Of a stretch of 64,000 bases of DNA, positions 10,856-20,076 are shown piece by piece. How positions within the stretch are numbered: the first letter of the stretch is position 1; every line of letters begins with the position of its first letter. Made by a program: the position numbers and the translations under genes. This stretch comes from an uncultured delta proteobacterium (GTDB taxonomy: Bacteria; Myxococcota_A; Polyangia; Polyangiales; Polyangiaceae), in NCBI GenBank assembly GCA_963696385.1, contig CAVOKF010000008.1:448001-512000 (forward strand), given 5' to 3'. The notes under the pieces are model-generated. The model saw only the letters and a list, made by a program, of their open reading frames with translations, had not been told where the DNA came from and searched no databases.

Positions 10856-11634
10856 CTCATCTGCGTAGCGTTTTGCAGCATCTGATCCGCCGCGGACACG
10901 ACCTTCGAATTGATCTCGTACGAGTTCTGGGCGGCAATGAGCGCCACCATCTCGGTCACGACGTCGACGTTGGAGCTCTCGACCGAACCCTGCAGGATCG
11001 TGCCGCTTCCGTTGAGTCCGGGAGTCCCGGTTTGCGGATTGCCGCTCGAGTCGGTCGCCAGATACAAATTCTGACCTACCGCGGACAAACCGTTGGGGTT
11101 GGGAAACGTCGTAATCTGCAATTGGCCGAGCGTGACCTGAGCGGTCTGCCCCTGCTCGGTGGCGGTCACCGTGCCGTCGGTGCCAATCGTCACGGCGGTC
11201 GCCGTGGTCGGCACCGTAATCGGAGGGTCGATGGGCAGGCCGTCGCTCGTCGTCATGCGACCTTGCGCGTCGAGCTTGAGCGACCCGGCTCGCGTGTAGC
11301 CGACCGTGCCGTTCAGCTGCGTCACGGCGAGAAAGCCGTTGCCCTGGATGGCCAAGTCGAGCGGGTTGCCGGTCTGCTGCAGGGCGCCCTGCGAGAACGA
11401 ACGAGCGGTCGCCGCGACGCGCGCTCCGGTCCCGACCTGCGTCGACGTAGGCATCACGTTGCCGCCGTCGGCCAGCCCGGCCGAACGGACGTTCTGGTAG
11501 AGCAGGTCTTCGAACTCGGCGTTTTGGAGCTTGTATCCCACGGTGTTGGCGTTCGCGAGATTGTTCGCGATCGTGTCGAGCTGCGTTTCTTGGGCGGCCA
11601 TGCCCGTGGCCGCGATGTTGAGGGACTGGAACAT
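10852..11634 (-). CDS. flgG: Distal rod protein FlgG
   Basis: MFQSLNIAATGM...ANNLANANTVGYK, FEDLLYQ, YTRAG, ESSNVDVVTEMV. Confidence 0.96.
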   Translation of the reverse strand: MFQSLNIAATGMAAQETQLDTIANNLANANTVGYKLQNAEFEDLLYQNVRSAGLADGGNVMPTSTQVGTGARVAATARSFSQGALQQTGNPLDLAIQGNGFLAVTQLNGTVGYTRAGSLKLDAQGRMTTSDGLPIDPPITVPTTATAVTIGTDGTVTATEQGQTAQVTLGQLQITTFPNPNGLSAVGQNLYLATDSSGNPQTGTPGLNGSGTILQGSVESSNVDVVTEMVALIAAQNSYEINSKVVSAADQMLQNATQMR

Positions 11635-11647
11635 ACGAGGGGAGGGT

Positions 11648-11663
11648 TGCCAGTTTGATGCCA
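11648..11663 (-). promoter_or_regulatory. Putative sigma54 promoter of flgG
   Basis: TGGCATCAAACTGGCA, GG-N10-GC, 14 nt before the ATG. Confidence 0.6.
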
Positions 11664-11800
11664 GGGGGCCATCCGCCCTCGCCGCGGGCCTAACGGGTCT
11701 CGATTTCGGTGCGGCCACCGTCCATCCTTTGGCGGTACCGTCACCCGGTTGGCGGTCGCTCCGGTCGCGGGCCGTTTTGGGACGGATCGCGCGACCCGGC

Positions 11801-12529
11801 CTACGGATGCTCGTCGACCGGCACGCTCACCGCGACCACCAGGTCGACTCGGCGATTTTGCTTGCGTCCGTCCTCCGCCGCATTCGATGCCACGGGCCGG
11901 AACTCCCCGTAGCCCGCTGCCGACAGTCGTTCCGCAGGCACGCCTTCGCTCGCGAGCTTGCGGAGCACGACCATCGCACGCGCCGTGGACAGCTCCCAGT
12001 TGGAGCGAAACCGCGAATTGGAAATCGGGCGGTTGTCCGTGTGGCCTTCGACTCGAACGTCCACGATGCGCTTGCCGAGCTCCGGGCCGAGCGAGTGCAG
12101 GGTGAGCGCCGCTATGGGCTTCAGCCGGTCGTCACCGCTTTCGAAAAATACGCCGTCGGCAAGACGCAGCACGAGCTCGTTTCTGCGACGCAATAGCTGC
12201 AGCCCTTGCGCGTCGCCCTTGTCGGCGAGCTCCTGGAGCGCCGCTCGCACCTTTTCGAGCTCCGGCGGCAGTCCGTCCTCGATCTTGGGCACCTCCTGGA
12301 TGATGTCCTGAGCCGGCAAGATTCCCTTGCCGCGATCGGGAAACATCTCGTTGCCCAGGGCCTTCGAAAACGCCTCGGTGAAGCGTCCCACCTTCTTCGA
12401 GTCGACCTGCGAGACGGCGAACATGACGACGAAGAACGCGAAGAGCAGCGTGATGAAGTCCGCGTAGCTCACGAGCCATCGCTCGTGATTGACGTGCCCT
12501 TCGGCGCGTTTTTTTCGGCGGACGCTCAT
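11801..12529 (-). CDS. motB: Stator protein MotB
   Basis: WLVSYADFITLLFAFFVV (conserved Asp); OmpA-like VEGHTD, SNWELS, NRRV. Confidence 0.96.
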   Translation of the reverse strand: MSVRRKKRAEGHVNHERWLVSYADFITLLFAFFVVMFAVSQVDSKKVGRFTEAFSKALGNEMFPDRGKGILPAQDIIQEVPKIEDGLPPELEKVRAALQELADKGDAQGLQLLRRRNELVLRLADGVFFESGDDRLKPIAALTLHSLGPELGKRIVDVRVEGHTDNRPISNSRFRSNWELSTARAMVVLRKLASEGVPAERLSAAGYGEFRPVASNAAEDGRKQNRRVDLVVAVSVPVDEHP

Positions 12530-12535
12530 CGCGGC

Positions 12536-13333
12536 TCAGGCGGTCGCCCGTGCGGCTTCGCCCGCGACCGCTGGCTTCTTCGACGACTCGCTCTTGTGGA
12601 CGAACTCGGCGAGACGCTCGCGGACCAGCTTGGGGTTCATTCCCTCTTGAATCGCCAGGACGCCGACGAGCGTCAGCTCCCGCAGCGTGACTTCTTCGCG
12701 CAGGCCGAGTTTGATCCGGCCGCCCAACGGCAAGAAGATGAGATTGGCTACGGCGACGCCGTAGATGGTCGCGACGAATGCGCCGGCGATGCCCTCGCCT
12801 ACCGCGGCGATGTCGCTCAGGTTGCTCATGACGTGGATCAGACCGAGCACCGCACCGATGATCCCAATCGTGGGCGAATAGCCGCCGGCGGCTTCGAACG
12901 CTTTGACTCCGTCCTCTCCGTGCTCCTCGAACTGTCCGATCGTGATCTCCATCGTCTCTCGTAGCGTCGTGGAGTCCGCGCCGTCGACGGCCATCATGAG
13001 AGCCTTGGCGAGAAACGGATTGGATGCGCTGGACGCGACCTTTTCGAGCGCCAGGATCCCGTCGCGCCGAGCGCGGTTCGCGTAGTCGACGATCTCGTCG
13101 ATGAGCTTCGTGCCGTCCTGCGAGGGCTTCTTGAAGGTCGCGCCCGCGGCCCGCAGGGCCGACCAGAGCGTCGACAGCGGATACTGGACCATGACGGCAC
13201 CGACCGTGCCCCCCACGACGATGAGCGCGGCGGGTCCTCCGACCATGGCGCCGAGATGCCCGCCTTCGAGCACGTTGCCCGCCAGGATGGCAAAGAGTGC
13301 GACGACGATTCCAATCAGCGGTCCAGGTTGCAT
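12536..13333 (-). CDS. motA: Stator protein MotA
   Basis: AALIVVGGT, RRDGILALE, GGYSPTIGIIGAVLGLI, AFVATIYG. Confidence 0.96.
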   Translation of the reverse strand: MQPGPLIGIVVALFAILAGNVLEGGHLGAMVGGPAALIVVGGTVGAVMVQYPLSTLWSALRAAGATFKKPSQDGTKLIDEIVDYANRARRDGILALEKVASSASNPFLAKALMMAVDGADSTTLRETMEITIGQFEEHGEDGVKAFEAAGGYSPTIGIIGAVLGLIHVMSNLSDIAAVGEGIAGAFVATIYGVAVANLIFLPLGGRIKLGLREEVTLRELTLVGVLAIQEGMNPKLVRERLAEFVHKSESSKKPAVAGEAARATA

Positions 13334-13645
13334 TTATCGGCCTCCACGGCGCGAGAGCGGCGGAAGAGAACCGCGAGAAGGAATCTCCGAAATCGGCCGC
13401 GGGGGCACGCTCAGCCGAGGCGGATCCCCGATGCGGGCGTTGAACGGCTCGAGGCTGGTCTCTCCGATGCGAATGCTCCGCCGGAAGTCGATCACCAGCG
13501 CGATGAGCTCGTCGAGCGTCTCCCGGACGATGATCTTTTCTCCCCCGATCAAGAAGAGCGTGGTGTCGGGGTTCGTGTCCGCCCACCCGATGTGGTCCGG
13601 GTTGATGGCGACGACGTGGTTGTTCAACCTCGTGAGCTTCAGCAT
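13334..13645 (-). CDS. flbD: FlbD/SwrD family flagellar protein
   Basis: MLKLTRLNNHVVAINPDHI...PDTTLFL...KIIVRET. Confidence 0.9.
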   Translation of the reverse strand: MLKLTRLNNHVVAINPDHIGWADTNPDTTLFLIGGEKIIVRETLDELIALVIDFRRSIRIGETSLEPFNARIGDPPRLSVPPRPISEIPSRGSLPPLSRRGGR

Positions 13646-13674
13646 GACGCGAGAGTGCCTCCATGGCCGCTCTC

Positions 13675-13690
13675 AGCAACGGGCGAGCCA
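13675..13690 (-). promoter_or_regulatory. Putative sigma54 promoter of flbD-motAB
   Basis: TGGCTCGCCCGTTGCT, near-consensus -24/-12. Confidence 0.7.
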
Positions 13691-13706
13691 TCGTCGGACC
13701 GAACGG

Positions 13707-13722
13707 CGGCACGCGACGTGAA
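13707..13722 (+). promoter_or_regulatory. Putative sigma54-like promoter of the flgB operon (GA at -12)
   Basis: CGGCACGCGACGTGAA; good -24 element, GA instead of GC. Confidence 0.45.
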
Positions 13723-13739
13723 AGGGTCCAGCCCATCGC

Positions 13740-14141
13740 ATGGGCCTTCTCGACTCCGTGGTACGACTTCAGGCGGGGCTGGACTACCACCTCGCCCGCG
13801 CCAATCTGCTCACCGCCAACCTCACTCAGGTCGACACGCCCAACTACCGGCCGGTCGATCTCGCGAGAACGGGCGACTTTCAGTCGACGCTTCACGTCGC
13901 GATGGAAAGCACCAATCCGGCCCACTTCGGTGCGCAAAGCGGGGACTCCGCTTCGAAGGAGTCGTTCCAGGTGATGGCCGATCCCGGAGCGTCGCGCGGA
14001 CTCGACGGCAACGGCGTCAACGTCGACCGGGAAGCGGCGAAGGTCGCTTCCAACAACGTCCGCTACGAAGCGCTCGCATCGCTGGTGGCCGGAGAGCTCT
14101 CCGGTCTCGAGTGGGCTGCCACAGACGGGAGGGGAGCATGA
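13740..14141 (+). CDS. flgB: Proximal rod protein FlgB
   Basis: ANLTQVDTPNYRPVD, DGNGVNVDRE. Confidence 0.92.
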   Translation: MGLLDSVVRLQAGLDYHLARANLLTANLTQVDTPNYRPVDLARTGDFQSTLHVAMESTNPAHFGAQSGDSASKESFQVMADPGASRGLDGNGVNVDREAAKVASNNVRYEALASLVAGELSGLEWAATDGRGA

Positions 14142-14584
14142 GCCACGAATTCACGGTTCCAGGCGTATTCAGCGCGATGGAGGTCGCCGCATCCGGACTC
14201 AGCGCGGAGCGCAGCCGCATGAACGTCATCGCGAGCAATCTCGCGAACGCGCACACGACCAAGGGCCCCGACGGCAACCCCTACCAGCGTCAGGATCCGG
14301 TATTTTCCTCGCAGCCGGTGTCGCCGGGATCCTTCGACCCGGTGCTCCGCAGCGTGCAAGAGGTCCGGCTCGCCGGTGTACGCACCGATACGACGCCGGG
14401 GCAACTCGTGTACGACCCGGGCCATCCCGACGCCAACGCGCAGGGCTACGTGACGTACCCGAACGTCAACGTCGTGACGGAGATGGTCAACCTCATGACG
14501 GCGTCGCGCGCGTACGAAGCCGGCGTGACCTCGATCGAGAGTCTCAAGACGATGGCCAAGACGGCCATCAAGATCGGTCAGTAG
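14138..14584 (+). CDS. flgC: Proximal rod protein FlgC
   Basis: RMNVIASNLANA, YDPGHPDA...GYVTYPNVN, ASRAYEA. Confidence 0.95.
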   Translation: MSHEFTVPGVFSAMEVAASGLSAERSRMNVIASNLANAHTTKGPDGNPYQRQDPVFSSQPVSPGSFDPVLRSVQEVRLAGVRTDTTPGQLVYDPGHPDANAQGYVTYPNVNVVTEMVNLMTASRAYEAGVTSIESLKTMAKTAIKIGQ

Positions 14585-14586
14585 CC

Positions 14587-14901
14587 GTGCGCGTCGGCGG
14601 GATCGACGAAACGGCCACGCTGCTTTCCACGGCGGATCCGATCGAGCGTGCGGAGTCCGCGCCGAGCGGCGCGGTGGGGGGCATGTCGTTCGGGGACATT
14701 CTCGGATCGGCCATCGGGCAGGCCAACCAAGCCGATCACGTCGCCGCAACGAAGATGGACGCGCTCGCCAACGGGCTGAGCGACGATCTTCACGGGACGA
14801 TGATCGCCGTCAAGGAGGCGGACATCTCCATCAAGCTCGTCGGCACCATCCGCAACAAGCTCCTCGACGCATTCCAAGAGATCTGGAAGACCAGTGTCTA
14901 A
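14587..14901 (+). CDS. fliE: Hook-basal body protein FliE
   Basis: DLHGTMIAVKEA...IRNKLLDAFQEI. Confidence 0.92.
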   Translation: MRVGGIDETATLLSTADPIERAESAPSGAVGGMSFGDILGSAIGQANQADHVAATKMDALANGLSDDLHGTMIAVKEADISIKLVGTIRNKLLDAFQEIWKTSV

Positions 14902-16615
14902 CGCCAATCCACCCAAGAAAGCCGCCCCACCCACGCCGATCGGTGTCGCCCTCGGCGCCGTTCGCGGCTGGTTCGAGCGTCTCTCGAAGCCGGCGCGGGT
15001 ACTGCTCTTCTCGACGACCGCCACCGCCATCCTGCTCGGGTCCTTCTTTGCCTACAAGGAGACCCACGAGCCCTACGCGGTGCTGTTCGCGCAGCTCGAG
15101 CCGGACGACGCGGCGGGCATCGTCACGAAGCTCAAGGAGATGAAGCTGGCCTACCGCCTCGAAGGCGGTGGGTCGACGATCGAAGTGCCCGAGTCGAAGG
15201 TGTCGGACGCCCGCCTGGAGCTCGCCAGCGCGGGAATGCCGCGCGGCGGGGGTGTCGGTTTCGAAAGCTTCGACAAGATGCGTCTCGGCGCGACCGAGTT
15301 CGAACAGCGGGTGCTCTACCGCCGCGCGCTCGAAGGCGAACTTTCGCGCACCATCGGGACGCTCAGCTCGGTGCAATCGGCGCGCGTGCACCTGGTCTTG
15401 CCGGAAAAATCCGTTTTCGTGACGCGAGCCGAACCGGCCACCGCGTCGATCGTGCTGCGCTTGCGGTCGGGACGCGTGCTGGGCGCGTCGGAGATCGCAG
15501 GCATCGTCCATCTGACGGCGGCTTCGGTGCCGGGACTGACGGCCGAGCGAATCGCACTCGTCACGACCGAAGGTCAGATGTTGAAGAAGCCGCGCACCGG
15601 GGCTTCGGAAGGATCCCCGTCGGAGTCCGAAGGCGACGAAGGATCTCAGCAGCGCACCATCGAAACGCAGCTCGAGGACCGCGTGCGATCCATGCTGGAG
15701 AGGGTCGTCGGCCCCGGACACGTCGATGTGCGCGTCGCGGCGGAGACGGAACCGGCGCGCATCGAGCACACCGAAGACCACTACGACCCGGCCCGGACGA
15801 CCCTCCGGAGCGAAGAGATCTCGACGGAACGTCAAGGCGGCGGGATGGAGGACACCGTCGCTGGGGTTCCGGGCGCCGAGAGCAACCTGCCGATCGGAGG
15901 TGCATTGCCCGCGGCCGTGGCGTCGGCCGTGGCGTCGGCCGTGGCCACGACCAAAGGCGACGCCGGTGCCCCGATCGCCGCCCCTGCGGCGGCGAGTGGC
16001 ATGGCCAGTCAGCCTTTCCGTGAATCGCGCACACGAAACTACGAAGTGGACCACGTGAGCGAGAAACGCTTCGTGAGTGCCGGCTCGCTCAAGCGCATCG
16101 CCGTGGCCGTGGTGCTCGACGGCGTGCCACGAACGGAAGGCGGCAAGACGTTTCTTGCGCCACGCGAACACGCCGAGATCGAAAAGCTCGCCGCCCTCGT
16201 TCGCAGCGCGGTCGGCGCAAACGACGCGCGCGGCGACGTCGTGACGGTCGACTCGGCGCTCTTCGAGCCCACCCACGACGCGGCCGATGCCGAGCCCCTG
16301 CCTCTTGCCACATCGGCCTTGCGGACGTGGCGATCGTACCTGCCGGCGGCGATTGCCGCGGCCCTTCTCGTCGTGGTCGCGGGCGGAGCCACCGTGTGGG
16401 GTCGGCGCCGCGCACCGTCGATACCGGCCGAGGTCGTCCCGGCGCTCGCGTCGGCCACATCGCCCCTGCAGCTCGAGCCCAAGAAGGACAACCGCGATCT
16501 TCGTGAGGCCGCCACCCAACGAGCCGCCGAGGACCCCGCTACCGCGGCGCTCGTGCTGCGCGCGTGGCTCGGTACGAACGAGGGCGAAGCCAAGCCGATG
16601 GCGTCGCGAAACTGA
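14894..16615 (+). CDS. fliF: MS-ring protein FliF
   Basis: GFESFD, RALEGELSRTI, ARVHLVLPEKSVF, TRNYEVD; two TM segments. Confidence 0.96.
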   Translation: MSNANPPKKAAPPTPIGVALGAVRGWFERLSKPARVLLFSTTATAILLGSFFAYKETHEPYAVLFAQLEPDDAAGIVTKLKEMKLAYRLEGGGSTIEVPESKVSDARLELASAGMPRGGGVGFESFDKMRLGATEFEQRVLYRRALEGELSRTIGTLSSVQSARVHLVLPEKSVFVTRAEPATASIVLRLRSGRVLGASEIAGIVHLTAASVPGLTAERIALVTTEGQMLKKPRTGASEGSPSESEGDEGSQQRTIETQLEDRVRSMLERVVGPGHVDVRVAAETEPARIEHTEDHYDPARTTLRSEEISTERQGGGMEDTVAGVPGAESNLPIGGALPAAVASAVASAVATTKGDAGAPIAAPAAASGMASQPFRESRTRNYEVDHVSEKRFVSAGSLKRIAVAVVLDGVPRTEGGKTFLAPREHAEIEKLAALVRSAVGANDARGDVVTVDSALFEPTHDAADAEPLPLATSALRTWRSYLPAAIAAALLVVVAGGATVWGRRRAPSIPAEVVPALASATSPLQLEPKKDNRDLREAATQRAAEDPATAALVLRAWLGTNEGEAKPMASRN

Positions 16616-16666
16616 CCGTCCGAGGTCGTCGCCCATCACGGCATCCGAGTTGCTCTTACTCCACGC

Positions 16667-17638
16667 GTGCTCACCGGTGCTGAGAAGGCGGTCCTGTTTC
16701 TCCTGTCGCTCGACGAGGCGGTGGCTTCGCCCATCGTCCGCGAGCTGAACGAGGCCGACCTGCGCAAGCTGCGCGCGGTCGCTTCGACGATGCGCGAGGT
16801 CCCCTCGGGCGCCCTCGACGAGGCTTTTCGCGAGTTTCTCGAGCGATCGTCGTCGGCGGTCGCCGTGCCCCGAGGCGGCCTTTCCTATCTCCGGCGCCTT
16901 TCGGTCGGTGCGTTCGGCGAGGCGCGCGCACGCGAGGTCTTCGAGGACCGAACGACCACGAGCCCGCTCGCACGCCTGGAGGGGGCTCCAGCGGACGCGG
17001 TCGCCTCCCTTCTGGTCAGCGAGCCTCCCCAGCTCGTCGCGGCGATTCTGGCGCGGCTCGAGCCCAAGGCCGCCGCCGCGATTCTCGGTGCGATGCCGGT
17101 CGAGCGCCAGAGCACCGTCATCGCCCACGTCAGCCAGATGACGGAGCTCCCGGCGAAAGTCGTGGAAGACGTGGCGAGCGCATTGGCCAACGAGCTGCCC
17201 ACCGACGATGCGTCGACCCTCATCAGCGTCGACGGGGTCGCCAAGGCCGCCGGGATGCTCAACGCCGCGGGACGTGAGGCGTCCTCCGCCATCCTCAAAC
17301 AGATGCAGGCCGAAAACGATGCGCTCGCGACCGAAGTGCGGCAAGCGATGTTCACGTTCGAAGATCTCGGCCGTCTGGACGCCCGCGCCATGCGCGAGAT
17401 GACTCGGGAGGTGCCGAGCGAGCGCATGACCCTCGCGCTGAAGGACGCTCCACAGGCGGTCGTGAACGCGGTCTTTGCCGGACTGTCGGCGCGCGCGGCA
17501 GACCTCATCAAGGACGACCTGGAACTTTTGGGCAAGGTGAGGAAAAGCGACGTCGAGGCCGCTCGCAAGGAAGTCATCGAAATCGCTCTCCGGCTCGAGG
17601 CCGAAGGCAAAATCGATCTCGGAAGGGAAGACTCATGA
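16667..17638 (+). CDS. fliG: Motor switch protein FliG
   Basis: LTGAEKAVLFLLSL, EPPQLVA, MFTFEDL, LSARAADLIKDDL; GTG start uncertain. Confidence 0.95.
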   Translation: MLTGAEKAVLFLLSLDEAVASPIVRELNEADLRKLRAVASTMREVPSGALDEAFREFLERSSSAVAVPRGGLSYLRRLSVGAFGEARAREVFEDRTTTSPLARLEGAPADAVASLLVSEPPQLVAAILARLEPKAAAAILGAMPVERQSTVIAHVSQMTELPAKVVEDVASALANELPTDDASTLISVDGVAKAAGMLNAAGREASSAILKQMQAENDALATEVRQAMFTFEDLGRLDARAMREMTREVPSERMTLALKDAPQAVVNAVFAGLSARAADLIKDDLELLGKVRKSDVEAARKEVIEIALRLEAEGKIDLGREDS

Positions 17639-18312
17639 GCGAAGCGACGCAGGCTTCGGCCATCGTTGGCGCGTGGTCGGCGGGGGTCGACCATGTGGCG
17701 CCGAGCCTCCCCTCGTGGATCGCCCCCCGACAACTGACCGAGGAATCCAGCGTGTCTACCCATGTGGGCTTGCCGTCGCATTCGAACGCCGGCCTCGCCC
17801 CACCGACACGCATGCCGTCGCTGCCTCCGATGACGGCACCGCGCATATCGGTCCACCCGGCGCTCGACGCGCCGCCGCCGTACCCCGACCTGCGCGAGGA
17901 GAACGCGGCGCTCCGGCGTCAAATCGTCGAGATGGCGCTCATGACGGCGCGCGTGCGGCGCGACGTGCTCGAAGCGAGCGAAGGCGAGCTCGTCAAGCTC
18001 GCCGTGGCCATCGGCGAGCGCATCGCCCGCCAAGAGCTTCGGACCGATCCGAAGATCGTGCTCGGGTGGGTGCGCGAAGCCATCGACATGTCCACGACCA
18101 AGGACCACGTGGTCGTCGCCGTCGCGCCCGATCTGGCCGCGGCCCTCGCGCCGACCGATTGGGAAGCGATTGCCGTCGGGTCGGTTCGCGTCGAGACGGA
18201 CGCTTCGCTCGCGCCGTTCCATTGCGAGGTCCGCGCGGGTGCCTCGGCCGTGGAGGTGAACGTCGCAGAGCGCGTGGCCGCGATGTCGCGTGAACTCGGG
18301 GTATCGTCCTGA
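17635..18312 (+). CDS. fliH: Export protein FliH
   Basis: Located between fliG and fliI; LVKLAVAIGERIARQEL...VAVAPD...ETDASL. Confidence 0.75.
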   Translation: MSEATQASAIVGAWSAGVDHVAPSLPSWIAPRQLTEESSVSTHVGLPSHSNAGLAPPTRMPSLPPMTAPRISVHPALDAPPPYPDLREENAALRRQIVEMALMTARVRRDVLEASEGELVKLAVAIGERIARQELRTDPKIVLGWVREAIDMSTTKDHVVVAVAPDLAAALAPTDWEAIAVGSVRVETDASLAPFHCEVRAGASAVEVNVAERVAAMSRELGVSS

Positions 18313-19641
18313 TGAAAGAGGATCTTCGCGTCGACCTCGGCCACTATCTGGCGCGCGTCCATCGCGCGAACGGTTTGTCGCCGCGGGGTCGCGTCGCGCA
18401 TGTCGTCGGCCTGTTGGTCGAGGTCGAGGGAATCGTCGCGGCCGTCGGTAGCCAGCTCGAAGTGACGGCCGGCGACCGCACCATCACTCTCGAGGTGCTC
18501 GGATTTCGCCACGGTCGGGTGCTGTGCGCGCCCTTGGGTCCCATCGCGGGCATCGAGCCGGGATCGCGGGTCCGAGCCAGTCCGGCGAGTGCATTGGCCG
18601 GCGTCGGTCCCTCGCTTCTCGGCCGCGTCATCGATGCGTTCGGGCGACCGCTCGACGGCAAACCTGCGCCGATGTGCCAGGAGGTCGCTCCTCTTTTGGC
18701 GCCGCCCCCGGCTCCGTTCTCGCGGTCTCCCATCCACGAAGCCATGGAAACCCGCGTGCGGGCGATTCGACACGCTCTTGCCGCTCGGGCGGGGCCAGCG
18801 CATCGGCCTCTTCGCCGGCACCGGAGTGGGCAAAAGCACGCTCTTGGGGATGTTGTGCCGCCACAGTGCGGCCGACGTGATCGTCGTCGGCCTGATCGGC
18901 GAGCGGGGTCGCGAGGTCGGCGACTTCGTGCGGGGTGCCCTCGGCACCAAGGGCCTGGAGCGATCGGTGGTGGTGGCGGCCACCAGCGATGCCCCGCCGC
19001 TCGTGAGGGCGCGGGGCGCTCTGCGCGCCACCGCGATCGCGGAGCACTTTCGTCGCCAGGGCAAGTCGGTCCTGCTCGTCATGGACTCGGTGACGCGCTA
19101 CGCGATGGCGCTGCGTGAGGCGTCGCTCGCCGCCGGAGAGCCCCCGCTCACCAAAGGCTACACGCCCACGGTGTTCGCGGCCCTTCCGGCGCTGCTCGAA
19201 CGAGCCGGCAACTGCGAGGGTCCCGGATCCATCACCGCCGTGTACACCGTGCTCGTCGAAGGCGACGACCTGAACGACCCCATCGCCGACTGCGCTCGCG
19301 GAATTCTCGATGGTCACATCGTCTTGTCGCGTAAGCTCGCAGATGCCGGCCTGTTTCCCGCCGTCGACGTCTTGCGCAGCGTGTCCCGAGTCGCCGGCGA
19401 GATCACGACCCCCGAGCATTGGAAGGACGCCGCCAAGGTGCGAGAGCTCCTCGCGGTCTACGAAGGTGCGGCGGATCTCATTCAGATCGGCGCCTACGTG
19501 CCCGGGTCCGACCCCAAGGTCGACAAGGCCCGTGCCGCGTACCCACGCATCGAAGCCCTGATTCGCCAGTCGCTCCAAGAGGACGTGCCCCGCGCCACGG
19601 CCATCCAAGCCTTGCGCGCCATCGCCGGGAGCGTCGCATGA
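18312..19641 (+). CDS. fliI: Export ATPase FliI, +1 frameshift near 18766
   Basis: N-part LLGRVIDAFGRPLD; C-part GQRIGLFAGTGVGKS, DSVTRYA, LLERAG. Removing one base at GATTC restores VRAIDTLLPLGRG. Confidence 0.93.
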
Positions 19642-20076
19642 GTCGCGAGCGCGTCCGTCGTATGGGCCGGATCGTGGAGATCCGCGCCGGCATCGTCGAT
19701 CGCATCGAAGTCGATCTGGCCAACCACGTGCGCCGGACCGCCGAAGCCGTAGCGCGGATCGCGACCGCGCGAGATGCGTTCCAGGCCGCCGTGTCCGCAC
19801 CGTCCGCCTCGCGATGCTCGAGCGCGGACATGGTGGAGGCCCACGAATATCGGCTCGGCCTGCGACGGCGGATCGAAACGCTCGAGGCCCAGGAGCGAAA
19901 AGTGCGCGCCGAAGAAGAGACCTGCCGGCAAGCGCTACGCGCGGCCAAATCCGATTTCGAAGAAGTTCGAGACGTTGCGAGACCGGATCGGCCAGACCCT
20001 GGCGGCCGACGAGCAGACCGCGGAACGAAAAGCGAACGACGAGTTCGCCGCGCGAATGACGAGGACCACCCCATGA
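19638..20076 (+). CDS. fliJ: Probable export chaperone FliJ, +1 frameshift near 19958
   Basis: Coiled-coil protein after fliI; second frame gives KKFETLRDR...ERKANDEFAA and an ATGA overlap with fliK. Confidence 0.7.

Noticed and set aside
14831..17344. Long antisense ORFs (837 aa here; also 8448-10625 and 12132-13937, and the off-frame 21507-23615)
   Set aside because: High-GC shadow frames over well-supported genes.
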